Sequence record: OM337876.1
Reading direction: 5' to 3' (one strand)
Length of the DNA: 64,000 nucleotides
Source of the DNA: Klebsiella phage KP182
This document shows positions 38,357 to 48,590 of this stretch, one piece after another (the first letter of the stretch is position 1; every line of letters begins with the position of its first letter). The notes beneath the pieces are model-generated. The model was not told where the DNA came from, searched no databases, and worked only from the letters and a program-made list of their open reading frames with translations. A program made the position numbers and the translations under genes.

Positions 38357-38365
38357 TATTTATAG
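38357..38365 (-). promoter_or_regulatory. late promoter CTATAAATA upstream of gene 49
   Basis: plus tatttatag = minus CTATAAATA, ~28 nt upstream of the ATG; T4 gene 49 is known to have a late promoter. Confidence 0.65.
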
Positions 38366-39653
38366 CTAAATTAACGAGTAACTACTATACATATTTTTAG
38401 ATGATTCTTTAATACAGTATGAGGTGCAGAACGCAAAAATTCCAGTGATATTATCTGCATGATAACTGTAGACTTCGTTGCTATTCGCATCTACAAGTTT
38501 GACGCTTTTCCATGCCATGGCATCGATATCATCTTCATAATAGCCATCTGAAAATTCAATGATATCTCCAACTTTAATTCCATGGTCTTTAAAGACGCTT
38601 TTAATCTGGCGATGCAGCTCAGACAGGTCTAGGAGTTTAACCTTAATTGATTTAGAAATGCAAGTATTAGACATGATGAACTCCAAGACGCTGTTCAAGG
38701 GCGACGATGTAATCCGCGGCTTTTTGCATTAAAGCATACTCTTCTGAATCACAATTTTCCTGTCCAGCAAAGGCATAAAGAGCTCTGGTAATTGGAACGA
38801 TTGCACCTTGGAAATGGTTAAGTTTAATTTCAGAAATCAGAGGAACATCTTCACCTTGACCAATTTCTTTAATTTGGTGCATCGTATCTTCGCTGTAGAA
38901 ACACCAGAACCAAGATTCGCCGTGTGGAGTTGGGTCGTTAATAGTAATGATTTTGTTTGTCAGCAAATCAATTACAGCAGTAATTCCACACATTTCAAGG
39001 TCATCTTCGTTGGCCACAGAAATGACTTGGAACTTAAATCCCGGAATGAACATAGGAAATTGTTCGCTCAGTTCATCATCATTCTCAATAACTTCAAACT
39101 GCTTACCAATAAGTCCCATTCACTTTGTCCTCATAATCAAGCAATTCATTTATAGTGGGTTCAGAGGTATTATAATCCTCTTCAGGAATAGCATCTTCCT
39201 CTGGCTCGACAGTTTCCCAGCGAGCCGCATACCAGGGTTTTAGACCTTTGCTACTTTGCATGGTGTTGGTTCAGAATCATGTTCAATACGCCATTCAACT
39301 TCAGTGCGAGTAACCACTTTTTCATGGCGAGAAACGATATCTACTTCAGGAGGACTATAATACCAATCAGTATGATATGAACCTGAACGAGATTCTGATA
39401 CCATGAAATGAACGCCGCGTGCTGGATAATACCAAATTTGAGTGCGGTCTTGATACTTGTGCTCTTGTGTCCAATCTCCATCTTCTACTAAAACAAAGAT
39501 TTCTTCTGCATCATCGTCTGGTGCATTAGGCGGATATTCGAAATCGTAGTTGTCGTCCCAACCACCAGTGACGCCAGCGATATGCTTGATTTCTTTTACT
39601 AATTCAGCGTTAGTCATTTTAGCCTCGCAGTTTTTGTAGGTCTTCATCATCAA
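38366..39653 (-). other. three hypothetical ORFs (110, 150, 137 aa) in the pin/49.x region
   Basis: ORFs 38366..38698, 38667..39119, 39240..39653; no recognisable motifs. Confidence 0.35.
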
Positions 39654-39988
39654 TCCAGCTTTCTAAACCGGATGGAAGCGCACATTCAATTTCCCATAAC
39701 AGTTCTTCAATTGCTTGCAAGCGTTCAAGCTCTTCTGCTGAAATAGTTACCATGCGTGGAGCTTTTAAATCGCCAATATCATAACTCATAGTTCTTCCTC
39801 ATGTTAATCATAATTTAACCATGCACTCGCCGTATTTCCATTTAGACATAACTTTAACTCCATTAGAGTAAGTTACCTCTACCTTTGCTCGATGATTTTT
39901 GATTTGTTTAATCTCACCGGTTTCTAATCCACCATAGCCATAATAAAGGGCTACAATATCACCCTCCCGAAGGAGGGTTCCACGATAA

Positions 39989-40258
39989 TCATGCATTGAA
40001 TTTGAATTTACGGAGTTCATCAAAACCGCCGATATGTGTACCGTCAGGAGCAAAAATCTGAGGCATAGTTAATCCAACCTGTGATTCACGACCTAAACGG
40101 CGAAGCAAATCACTGATAACCACTTCATCAAATACGCCTTTTTCTGGCATTACATTGATGAATGCATATTCTTGCTTCTTAACGTCGAGCAGGCGTTTTG
40201 CGTTATCGCAAAATACACACTTATGGATGTTGCTGTCGTAACCAAAAACCGTGAACAT
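39989..40258 (-). CDS. nrdC: NrdC thioredoxin (glutaredoxin-like)
   Basis: 89 aa; ~75% identity to T4 NrdC (MF.V.GYDSNIHKCV.CDNAKRLL.VKKQ...FIN.MPEKGVFD); VFCDN (CxxC) active site. Confidence 0.93.
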   Translation of the reverse strand: MFTVFGYDSNIHKCVFCDNAKRLLDVKKQEYAFINVMPEKGVFDEVVISDLLRRLGRESQVGLTMPQIFAPDGTHIGGFDELRKFKFNA

Positions 40259-43043
40259 CTTCTTCTATTTCCTTAAATACTTGTGCTTGAACTGTTTTCC
40301 AATCTGGGTGGAGTACTGCTTTAACATAGTTTGTCATACCAAGACGCTTCATTACTTCGCCATCAATAGCTGCTTGAGCAAAATTTCTTCCGCGGGTCAT
40401 AGCTCCTTTTAGATTAGAGTTATCCGCGATTTGTCCAGTCTCATTATAATAAACCGAATACATGAGTAGCATTACTCGTTCAGCTTCTTCCATATAACGT
40501 TTGCGTGCCATTATTCCGCCTTAGATTTAGATTCTTCACGTAATGCTGCCAGTGCATCTTTAATAATATCGCCTGGTATAGGTTGAACACTAATTAGTTC
40601 TTTAGAGATGTGCTCAGAAATTGCTTGCCGTGGCACTTTTAGTTTGCTGAAATCAATTTTATTCATTTTGCTTTTACCGGAAAGTGTTCTTCTAGTTTAG
40701 CTGCGATGGCAGCATTGATTTGGTCAGCAAAGTTTTTATTCATTGCTTGGACGATGATTTCCTGAATTCTGTGATTAGCGCTTTCGATTGTCATTTTAAT
40801 ACGGTCTTCTGCTGCTTTAGCTGCATCTTCAATAGTCTGACGAACCATTTCATCAATAGCTTCTTTAGCACTGGCTTGAGCAGCGTTTCGCATCTTCTGA
40901 GACATTTCAGGTTTAGCAGATGTATCATTCCAACCACGCGTATGGAATAATTCATTGAGTTGCTTACGGACTTCTGCTCGTACATCAGGAACATCAATAG
41001 CAGCAATAGCAATTTCGGATTGTACTGCTTGCTTCAGCTTATTCTGGGAATCTTTTAACACCATTTCTTTAACGATGTTATTGATTACTGACTGCTGCAG
41101 TTGAGCACGGGCTGCTGTACCTTCTGGGAATAGCTGGCGTACTGCATAAGTATCTAATTTAATGTCAATCATTTTACCTTTTTCACTCCAGGAATATTAG
41201 AGATAGTTTCAAATACTTTGGCGAAGTCATCTTTATCAACAGTGACTACCATAGTGCGAGTGGTCTGTTTCTTTTTCCAACGTTTAAAGAAAGTTTCAAG
41301 ACTCAAATCATGGGAAGTGAAGGAATCATCATCGGTTTTGTAAACATATCCGCTTTCAATTTTTACTACCGCATCAGGCGAAGGGTCTTCATATTCTTCT
41401 ACTTCAACATCATCAAAGAGTATTAAAGTGTCATCATGATAATAGCCTTCCCAGAAGGCTTCATCGTTATAAAATTCTTTCCAAAGCGCGCCAGTTGTTT
41501 TCATTTAATCACCTTCTTCCAAGCTTCGTGAGCAGCGCATGCTAATACTTCATCATCAGTCAAATTGAACTTGCCTTCATTACGCAGAGCAATCATTTCA
41601 TTGAATTCAGTATCAGTTCTAAGCATCATGTTAAGAACTGTAAAATCCATTGTCGCTCGAAGATATTCTTTAAGCTGCATAGGGTCGATGCCACTTTCGT
41701 ATGCGTCAAGAATCATATCTGCAATGATGTTATCAAAGTTTTTGTCTTTTATGAGGTTATTAGCATACTCGACAAAAAACTTAGTATTAGCACCAGTAAT
41801 AGTTTTAGTAATCATTTTAATTTTCTCTCAAATTTATGCTTACAAGTCCGACATTTCATTTTCAGAATATCGGTTGTCCAATCGACAAGCTGTACTTGAA
41901 TACTACCACATTTTTCACAAGGCACAACTTGTTTAGCTGCAGCTTCTCGGCGGTCTACCATTTCAAGACAGGCATCCCAGTCAATTTTAAATTCAGGTAC
42001 AGGTGGATACTCAAACTCAATTTCAAGGTCGTTATCATCAACGACCATGTCTTCTTTTAATTGATTTTTCACAGTAAGCTCCGGGCATACTCGAGAGATT
42101 CATAACGCTCTTTGTATTCGTTAAGCGATTTAACTAAATCTGCCATCATCAATTCATGCTTAGCCAATTCAGCTTCTTTTGTGTCAATAAATCGCTTAAC
42201 CGATTCCATTTCGGCAGTAATACTATTCTTAGCGATTTCAATATGATTTACTGGTGTTAACGGAAGAGGCTTAACAACATTGAGATACATATGTGCTACA
42301 TCTTCATCAATAACTGAGGTGGTGCTCAATGTTTTAGGAAAAATCTTAAATGGGTCCAAATGTACTTCAAGAACAGATGAGTTTTCACCTTGCTGTTTAC
42401 AGCATGATTTTTTAACTACATCCATATGTTCTAATGCAGTACGAACTTGCGCTAAAAGCGCCCGAGCCGGATACTTTCCGCTGGACAAATGGCTATTAAT
42501 ATGAATTCGTACAGTTACATTGTCAAGCTCTTCGGCACGAATAAATGAAACACCCTTAGGATTTCTAGAACTAGTAGAAGATGCCTGGTATTTCACGCGG
42601 TCATCGCCTTTAAGCAAGCAAATTGAACGATTAAGAATACGGCGCAGGTTTGCATTAAATTCAGAACAGAAGATTTGAGCAGCGCTACGGTCATGTCTTT
42701 CTTCAGTTTTAAACACCCCTGCCGCAAAGCTATAACGCTGACCGTAAATTTTAGCATTGCCGATAGCAAACTTTTTGAGCTGTTTCTCTGCTGACATTGC
42801 ACCTAACCAGCGAGAACGACGAATGTTTTCTACAACAAAACTAACATAGTTGGCTTCATGTGCTGCCATGCTATTTAGAACACGACAAGCTACATTACCA
42901 GCAATTGCTACATTATAAGCAGCTGGATTTAAATCATGTAAAGCTGCCAAAACCTTTACGTGCTTCTCACGCTTTGACAGTCCTTTTCTGCTATGTTTAT
43001 CAAATTCACCGGCTACAAACATCTTTAATTCATTCTTATTCAT
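40221..43043 (-). other. nrdC.x-like block of six hypothetical genes (96, 169, 111, 104, 86 aa zinc ribbon, 324 aa)
   Basis: ORFs 40221..40511, 40663..41172, 41169..41504, 41501..41815, 41812..42072 (CEKCGS...CRTCKHKF), 42069..43043. Confidence 0.4.
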
Positions 43044-43113
43044 TATCTTTTCCTCTATTTTGGACTGGGCTCAAAGAGTATCTCAAAATCTCCCTGAACC
43101 CATTATACAACAA

Positions 43114-43902
43114 TTATTCCTCAAGCATTATAACTTTGCTTGGGCGCTTATAGAAAGCATGAGTTTTATCATCTTTCGCTAATTCAAATGTAGCAGTAAA
43201 CTGTACTTTGCCTCTGTATTCAAACGGAATACTTTTTGGAAGGGAGCCGTAAACCGTAGCTCCATTCTCAAGCACAACCATCATCTTACATTGTACGCCG
43301 TAATAGTCTTCATAAACTTTTACTGACGTTACGGTACCAGAGACAGTCACTCGTCCTTCCGGTGCATCCCCTTTATTCTTATTCAGCTCATTGAATATAT
43401 TATCAAAGACCTCTTTTGAATGTTCCTGGATAGCCTCTAAGATGCTCTTATGAGCTCTAACTTCTGCTATAACAACATCTGTGCCATCTTGCAATTTCCA
43501 CTCTTTATATGGAATGCGTACTTCAAGAGGATAACCATACTCCCGAAGTTCTTTGTACTCTTCTTGAGTTAAGCGGATTTTCCACCAGCCGTGGTCACTG
43601 GTATACTCAGGCTTATCCAGTGAATCCAATTCTGTAACATATGGCAAGTAACTACCTGCGTGATAAGCTTCAACTTCACCTAATTCATTTTCCCAAAGAT
43701 AACCATCAAAGGGAGCATGAGGACGATCGTCTTTGCCCCAAGTAGGAGCTACCACTTTATCAAAGTATTCACGACCGAAGCGGGTCTTCGCCCATCCAGC
43801 ATTCAACTCCTCGGCGCGTTTTTCAACTTTCGCTCGGTGTGCTTGGCGGGCTACACGATTTTCTTCAACAAGTGCAGAGATAATCTCGGTTAAAGTTTTC
43901 AT
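43114..43902 (-). CDS. hypothetical protein (start at MKTLTEIIS)
   Basis: 262 aa; GGAGAA RBS; early promoter just upstream. Confidence 0.45.
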   Translation of the reverse strand: MKTLTEIISALVEENRVARQAHRAKVEKRAEELNAGWAKTRFGREYFDKVVAPTWGKDDRPHAPFDGYLWENELGEVEAYHAGSYLPYVTELDSLDKPEYTSDHGWWKIRLTQEEYKELREYGYPLEVRIPYKEWKLQDGTDVVIAEVRAHKSILEAIQEHSKEVFDNIFNELNKNKGDAPEGRVTVSGTVTSVKVYEDYYGVQCKMMVVLENGATVYGSLPKSIPFEYRGKVQFTATFELAKDDKTHAFYKRPSKVIMLEE

Positions 43903-43930
43903 TTTATTCTCCAGTTTGGTTGACGAGACC

Positions 43931-43960
43931 ATCTTATCAACAGCCTCGCCGAAAGTAAAC
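43931..43960 (-). promoter_or_regulatory. early promoter GTTTAC-N18-TAAGAT
   Basis: minus read CAAAGTAGTTTACTTTCGGCGAGGCTGTTGATAAGAT. Confidence 0.55.
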
Positions 43961-44226
43961 TACTTTGTGAAAAATTTTCTCCACAGCAGAACCGCCTCTC
44001 TACGAGATACTTCTACCGCTCCTAGAGATACTGCATCTTTACGACGGCAATCACGCAAATCATAGTGTGGAACTCGCTTATCCTGGAACCAAGAACGTTT
44101 CATTCCGATGGCTTCTGCCATAGCGTGTAACTCATCAAGGTTGTCGCTAAACATATGACAGTTCTTTACTTGATGACCTCTCATTTTCCAACCATGATTC
44201 ATCAAGACATCTACGTATACTGTCAT
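43960..44226 (-). CDS. DUF4031-family protein
   Basis: 88 aa; MTVYVD...HMFSD.LDELHA.A..IG.KR.WFQ....PHYDL pattern typical of DUF4031. Confidence 0.55.
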   Translation of the reverse strand: MTVYVDVLMNHGWKMRGHQVKNCHMFSDNLDELHAMAEAIGMKRSWFQDKRVPHYDLRDCRRKDAVSLGAVEVSRREAVLLWRKFFTK

Positions 44227-44388
44227 TTCTGATTATCGATGTAGGTTTCAATGATGAACTGTGCTAAACACAGAAGATTATCTTCTGAAGGAGAATCTAC
44301 TAAATTCTCAACCATTTCAGAAATAGTTCCAAAAGCTTCTTCAGTATTGAACATTTCTTGAAGTTCGTTCCAAGTAGGTGCTTTCATT
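44227..44388 (-). CDS. 54-aa acidic protein, translationally coupled (ATGA) to the DUF4031 gene
   Basis: hand-translated MKAPTWNELQEMFNTEEAFGTISEMVENLVDSPSEDNLLCLAQFIIETYIDNQK; GAGGAG RBS. Confidence 0.4.
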
Positions 44389-44416
44389 TCAATCTCCTCA
44401 TTAGTTAACGGAAGCT

Positions 44417-44446
44417 ATCTTATCATGGCTTTTCTAAGATGTAAAC
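44417..44446 (-). promoter_or_regulatory. early promoter GTTTAC-N18-TAAGAT (shares the 'atcttatcatggcttttt' core with the promoter at 11112)
   Basis: minus read TTGTTGTTTACATCTTAGAAAAGCCATGATAAGAT. Confidence 0.55.
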
Positions 44447-44451
44447 AACAA

Positions 44452-44469
44452 AAGGGCCCGAAGGCCCTT
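44452..44469 (-). terminator. terminator AAGGGCC-CGAA-GGCCCTT
   Basis: after the stop of 44468..44755; U-rich trailer UUUUGUUGUUUAC. Confidence 0.65.
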
Positions 44470-45585
44470 AAAAAGATCGGAAATCACTGTTAAACCACGG
44501 AGACTGGTGCTCTCGCTGCTTAAGCAATTTCAGTTGGTGTTTCCTATTGTCTTCTATAATCATCTTAGAGGCTTTTAGCTCTTCAGCCAATGAGACCTGT
44601 TTACGGTCCATCAAGATGAGGTTCTGGGTCTTCTGGGCAAACGTCTGAATACCTTTGAGACACACAGTAGACTGTATCATCTTTCGCTCGTACTTATTCC
44701 GAGCTTGCGCCAACTGTTCGTTAAAGTAAGCGTGCATCTCAATCAGAGTATTCATACCTTAACTACCTCACGGATAATGTCTTCAACGTTTTGCTCTGGA
44801 AACGCTACGCCATTCGTCTGCCCATGATGAAAAACCGCTTGGTATTCATTTGGAGCGCTTATCAACGTGTAATGAAGTGCATCACCTGGACGGCATTCGC
44901 CATCAATAAAGCGAGAAAAAATAATTTTGTATGTGTTCATATTAGGTCTTTGCATATTTTACAATTTCTTCACGGTCAGGTTTCCAACTTAAGTCGGACG
45001 CTTTCTTACGAGACCATGCGATATTTTGTTCAGCCCAATGAAGTTTATATGATACATCCTTTTGAGCTTCACGAACGATATTCATAAGATGAAGTCCTAA
45101 ATCCCGTGGATTAGTACAATCATTACGAAATGCTTCATACAATATCATTGTCGCGACGTCTTTGAATCGCTGCTCTACTTCTGGAGAAATATGCTCAGCA
45201 TAATCTTCAAAAGGATATCCAAATTTATCTACTGGTTTCATAGTGAAAGCGCCTTCTTCTCATCAGGAGTTAATTTTGACAAAGCACTTTCACGCAGACG
45301 TACCATACGTGCTTTATATTGTTCAGGACTTTCGGTTTTAATTTCAACCGCAGCAGTCTTAGGAAAAGTCCAGCTTTCACCGTTTTCATTAGTGAAAGTA
45401 ATTAACTCCACAGGATTACGGTTTACTGTGCCGTTAGAGCCATACCAGGACTTCCCAGCGACCGATTCCATAGCAAGGCTGTGGGAATTATAATACCCAA
45501 AAAGAACGCTCTTACGATCGTCTGGAGAGACATAAGCAGCGTACGCAGATTGTTCAGTCATTACATAAGTTTTCATTGTACCCAC
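44468..45585 (-). other. four hypothetical ORFs (95, 67, 99, 115 aa)
   Basis: 44468..44755, 44752..44955, 44942..45241, 45238..45585; overlapping stop/start (coupled). Confidence 0.35.
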
Positions 45586-45761
45586 GCTCCGTTTTCATCA
45601 ATGTAATTAATCCACTCGTTAATAGTCCAGGAAGAGGTATCACCTTTAGGAGTATCAACGATATACATTCCGCCTTTAAACAAAACACGTTTTACATCAT
45701 TAGAAATTAAAGTAGCCATTATATTTTCCTCAGTTAGGGAGGATTTCTCCTCCCGTTTAAA

Positions 45762-46739
45762 TTATTTCAGCATTGTTACTTCAGCAATTGTCCGCCAATT
45801 TTTACGGTCAGTCGCGACGAAATCACCAATATAAAGAGCAGTACGGAGAGATACATTACGCAGACGATTTACGTTATCTTTCATAAATTCCAAAACTTCA
45901 ATAACTTCAGAATTTCTTAACCCACGGTTCTGTAACATAGAAGTGGTCATTATTACATCTTGAACACGAACCATAATCTCTTCATTAGTGTGAACACCAA
46001 GGTCAAGATAAACCGAACGTGATACCAGAGCTTGAAGATGCGGAGCAAGTTTAGAACCGCGCTCTAATTCACGGTCAATATCAACGTTAGTGATAAAGAC
46101 CACAGTACCTTCAAACTCAAACTCATTAGGAATTCCTTTATCTTCCAAGAAAGAAGATGCAGTGCTCCAACATACTTTACGTTTCTCCCCTGAATCCAAA
46201 GCAGCTTTCAGAAGGTTAAGAATGTCCATATCAGAGAATACATCCACATCATCAATAAGCAGAACTGAATTTGCTTCACGTGATTCCCAGAGACGGCAGT
46301 ATAAACCAATTCCTGAGATTTTACCGTTCACTGATTTGTAATCAATAGCGTTAGTATCATGAGCATGTTGTAATGCTTTATCCAAAGAGTAAGTCTTACC
46401 GATACCTGCTGCTCCGGAGATAATCAGAGAACGAATGTTCCCGTGGATTAAACCGTTAGTCATTAATCCCATAACGTTAAAGCGTTTCTTGATACGCTCT
46501 TTCATTTCATCAACGGATTCAACAACTTCAATTTTAGACGCTACACCGTCAACTGTAATATCATCTTTGAATACCCAAACACCACGCTTTTTACCATTAA
46601 GTTCAACAAAGACTTTACCATCACCCTGGCGAGAATCTTCAGCACTTAAGCTATCCGGGAACCACTCACCGAGTAACTCATAAGTACCTGAAATCTCTTT
46701 GCCGAAGTAAATCCCTTTCTTGATGGTGATAGTTGACAT
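45762..46739 (-). CDS. P-loop (AAA-like) ATPase, hypothetical
   Basis: 325 aa from MSTITIKKG; Walker A 'GAAGIGKT', Walker B 'VLLIDDVD'. Confidence 0.5.
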   Translation of the reverse strand: MSTITIKKGIYFGKEISGTYELLGEWFPDSLSAEDSRQGDGKVFVELNGKKRGVWVFKDDITVDGVASKIEVVESVDEMKERIKKRFNVMGLMTNGLIHGNIRSLIISGAAGIGKTYSLDKALQHAHDTNAIDYKSVNGKISGIGLYCRLWESREANSVLLIDDVDVFSDMDILNLLKAALDSGEKRKVCWSTASSFLEDKGIPNEFEFEGTVVFITNVDIDRELERGSKLAPHLQALVSRSVYLDLGVHTNEEIMVRVQDVIMTTSMLQNRGLRNSEVIEVLEFMKDNVNRLRNVSLRTALYIGDFVATDRKNWRTIAEVTMLK

Positions 46740-46776
46740 TTTATTCTCCGTTACTCTGTTTTGTTTTGATGGAGCT

Positions 46777-46806
46777 ATAGTATCATTATACAGCTCCAAA
46801 GTAAAC
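46777..46806 (-). promoter_or_regulatory. early promoter GTTTAC-N18-TACTAT with spacer stem GGAGCT...AGCTCC; part of a 45-nt promoter-leader cassette duplicated at 63062-63105
   Basis: minus read GTTTACTTTGGAGCTGTATAATGATACTATAGCTCC. Confidence 0.65.
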
Positions 46807-46816
46807 TACTTTTTAA

Positions 46817-47032
46817 TTATTTTTCTAAAATTTCATTGATGTAGTAAGGACGAACCTTTGAACCGAGATAGAAGTCATCCACAAAATCAATCAAGTTGTC
46901 AGTTTCACCACGGATGATAGCAAGCTTAGAGAATGCTTCTCCTACCATCATTGGTTCAAATTCTACACCGTGAGCTTCAGCAGCTTTAAAGGCTTTATCA
47001 ATGTTGTTTACGACGATTTCTAAAGTTTTCAT
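46817..47032 (-). CDS. hypothetical protein (start MKTLEIV)
   Basis: 71 aa; GGAGAA RBS. Confidence 0.4.
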   Translation of the reverse strand: MKTLEIVVNNIDKAFKAAEAHGVEFEPMMVGEAFSKLAIIRGETDNLIDFVDDFYLGSKVRPYYINEILEK

Positions 47033-47070
47033 TTTATTCTCCATTGTATCTGTTTGGGTGGTACATGTCT

Positions 47071-47100
47071 ATAGTATCATCAGCTAACGAGCTTGTATAC
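47071..47100 (-). promoter_or_regulatory. early promoter GTATAC-N18-TACTAT
   Basis: minus read AAGTAGTATACAAGCTCGTTAGCTGATGATACTAT. Confidence 0.5.
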
Positions 47101-47128
47101 TACTTTATGCATTCTTTTGAAACAAAAA

Positions 47129-47148
47129 GAGGAGCCCGAAGGCTCCTC
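47129..47148 (-). terminator. terminator GAGGAGCC-CGAA-GGCTCCTC
   Basis: 8-bp stem; trailer UCUUUUUGUUUC. Confidence 0.7.
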
Positions 47149-47150
47149 AG

Positions 47151-47390
47151 TTATGCGTGCTTGTTGATAGCGTTTTCTGCGATACGCTTTGGAAGTTTAC
47201 CTGCCCAGAGGAAGAACATGATAATCGCTCCAACAATAAAAGCAGGGAACCAAAAGATGAGATAGAACCAATACTCTCCTACCTTCTCAATAGTTCCGTT
47301 TTTGATTAGATGCTTACAGACAGACCAACCCACGACAAAGTAAATTATTGCAACAACGATTGGCACTACTACGCTCCAAAGTAAAATCAT
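47151..47390 (-). CDS. two-helix small membrane protein
   Basis: 79 aa; two long hydrophobic segments. Confidence 0.45.
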   Translation of the reverse strand: MILLWSVVVPIVVAIIYFVVGWSVCKHLIKNGTIEKVGEYWFYLIFWFPAFIVGAIIMFFLWAGKLPKRIAENAINKHA

Positions 47391-47608
47391 ATTTCAGCCC
47401 AATAAAGTGAGAACCGGAGCTCTTCTCCGGCCCATGACATAAATTGGTGGATTTGTTTTCGAGTTGGTCGAGCAGAGAATTTAGCATTTTCTCTACGACC
47501 AGTCTCTCTGCAAACTGCTTCCAAATACCACCGTCTACCTTTATGAGGTCTTCCATAATTCAAGAAGACCTTCATTGTATCATTTGTAGTAAGAATTGTG
47601 GTTTTCAA
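47387..47608 (-). CDS. hypothetical basic protein
   Basis: 73 aa; coupled to the downstream membrane protein. Confidence 0.35.
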   Translation of the reverse strand: MKTTILTTNDTMKVFLNYGRPHKGRRWYLEAVCRETGRRENAKFSARPTRKQIHQFMSWAGEELRFSLYWAEI

Positions 47609-48590
47609 GATAAACCTTCTCGACGAAATCGTCCCAGAACTTCATGTCTACTTTCTTAGGCATTCCGTTCTTTTCAGCAGTATGAGCTAGAATTTCTACT
47701 TCATCTACTACAGACTCGAGAAGCTCCTGTACTTCTTTGAACGGTAACTCACCTGCTTTGACCATCTTGACCATTTTAGCATGGGTCAGAGGGAATTGAA
47801 GGTCACCAGTCATATAGATTTCCTGAAGCTGCAGACCTGCACGAAGAGCATGACTCAGTGCTTTCCAGTCAACGCCTTCGTTAGCTTCTGCCTTACGAGC
47901 ACGTTCACCATATTCAGCATCAAGTTTCTCAAGAGAATACTTCATCTCTTTGATAGTGATAGTCGTCTGGAATTTACGACCCAGAACGTTATAAAACTTC
48001 TGCTCGCCTGATTTGTGGTCAACGAAGGTGGTCCATTCGAGGAATTCACCGAGAGGAAGTTTCTCTGCGATATCCTGTACTTTCCAACGCTCATTGATAC
48101 CCTTCTGCTGAGGACGATCGTCATATTTCCATTCAGGAACATCTCTGATAACATCCAGGACTTTATGCAGGTCAGCTAAACGAGAACCCTTAACACCATA
48201 CTTACCTGCTTGCTTACGGACATATCCAAGATAAGCCTTCATGTCAGTAGTATAAAAACGAGCTCGGTTGTCTTGAATGAATTTCCATACTTCAGGAAGG
48301 TCAGATGCAACTACCAATTCCGGTGGAGTATGCAGCATATCCAACGCGACAGTTTCACCGTCAGCAGCGAGCTTGAAGAAATACTTTAAGCTGAACAGCT
48401 CATGATCAATGTCGTCTTTGGTATTTTTGGTTGCACTGTTATTCGTATTACGGTTAGTATGATTCATCGCTTGACACATCAGAATATCACGCGGATGAGG
48501 AACAAAGATTTCTTTGAAATCCACATCTGATTCAGGAGTTGAAGTACCGTATAGATGCGAACCAAAATAAGATTTTACGATTGTTTTCAT
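47580..48590 (-). CDS. Pol-beta-superfamily nucleotidyltransferase-fold protein
   Basis: 336 aa; N-terminal 'YFGSHLYGTSTPESDVDF' = hG[GS]x10DhDh signature; candidate third carboxylate in 'VALDMLH'. Confidence 0.5.
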   Translation of the reverse strand: MKTIVKSYFGSHLYGTSTPESDVDFKEIFVPHPRDILMCQAMNHTNRNTNNSATKNTKDDIDHELFSLKYFFKLAADGETVALDMLHTPPELVVASDLPEVWKFIQDNRARFYTTDMKAYLGYVRKQAGKYGVKGSRLADLHKVLDVIRDVPEWKYDDRPQQKGINERWKVQDIAEKLPLGEFLEWTTFVDHKSGEQKFYNVLGRKFQTTITIKEMKYSLEKLDAEYGERARKAEANEGVDWKALSHALRAGLQLQEIYMTGDLQFPLTHAKMVKMVKAGELPFKEVQELLESVVDEVEILAHTAEKNGMPKKVDMKFWDDFVEKVYLENHNSYYK

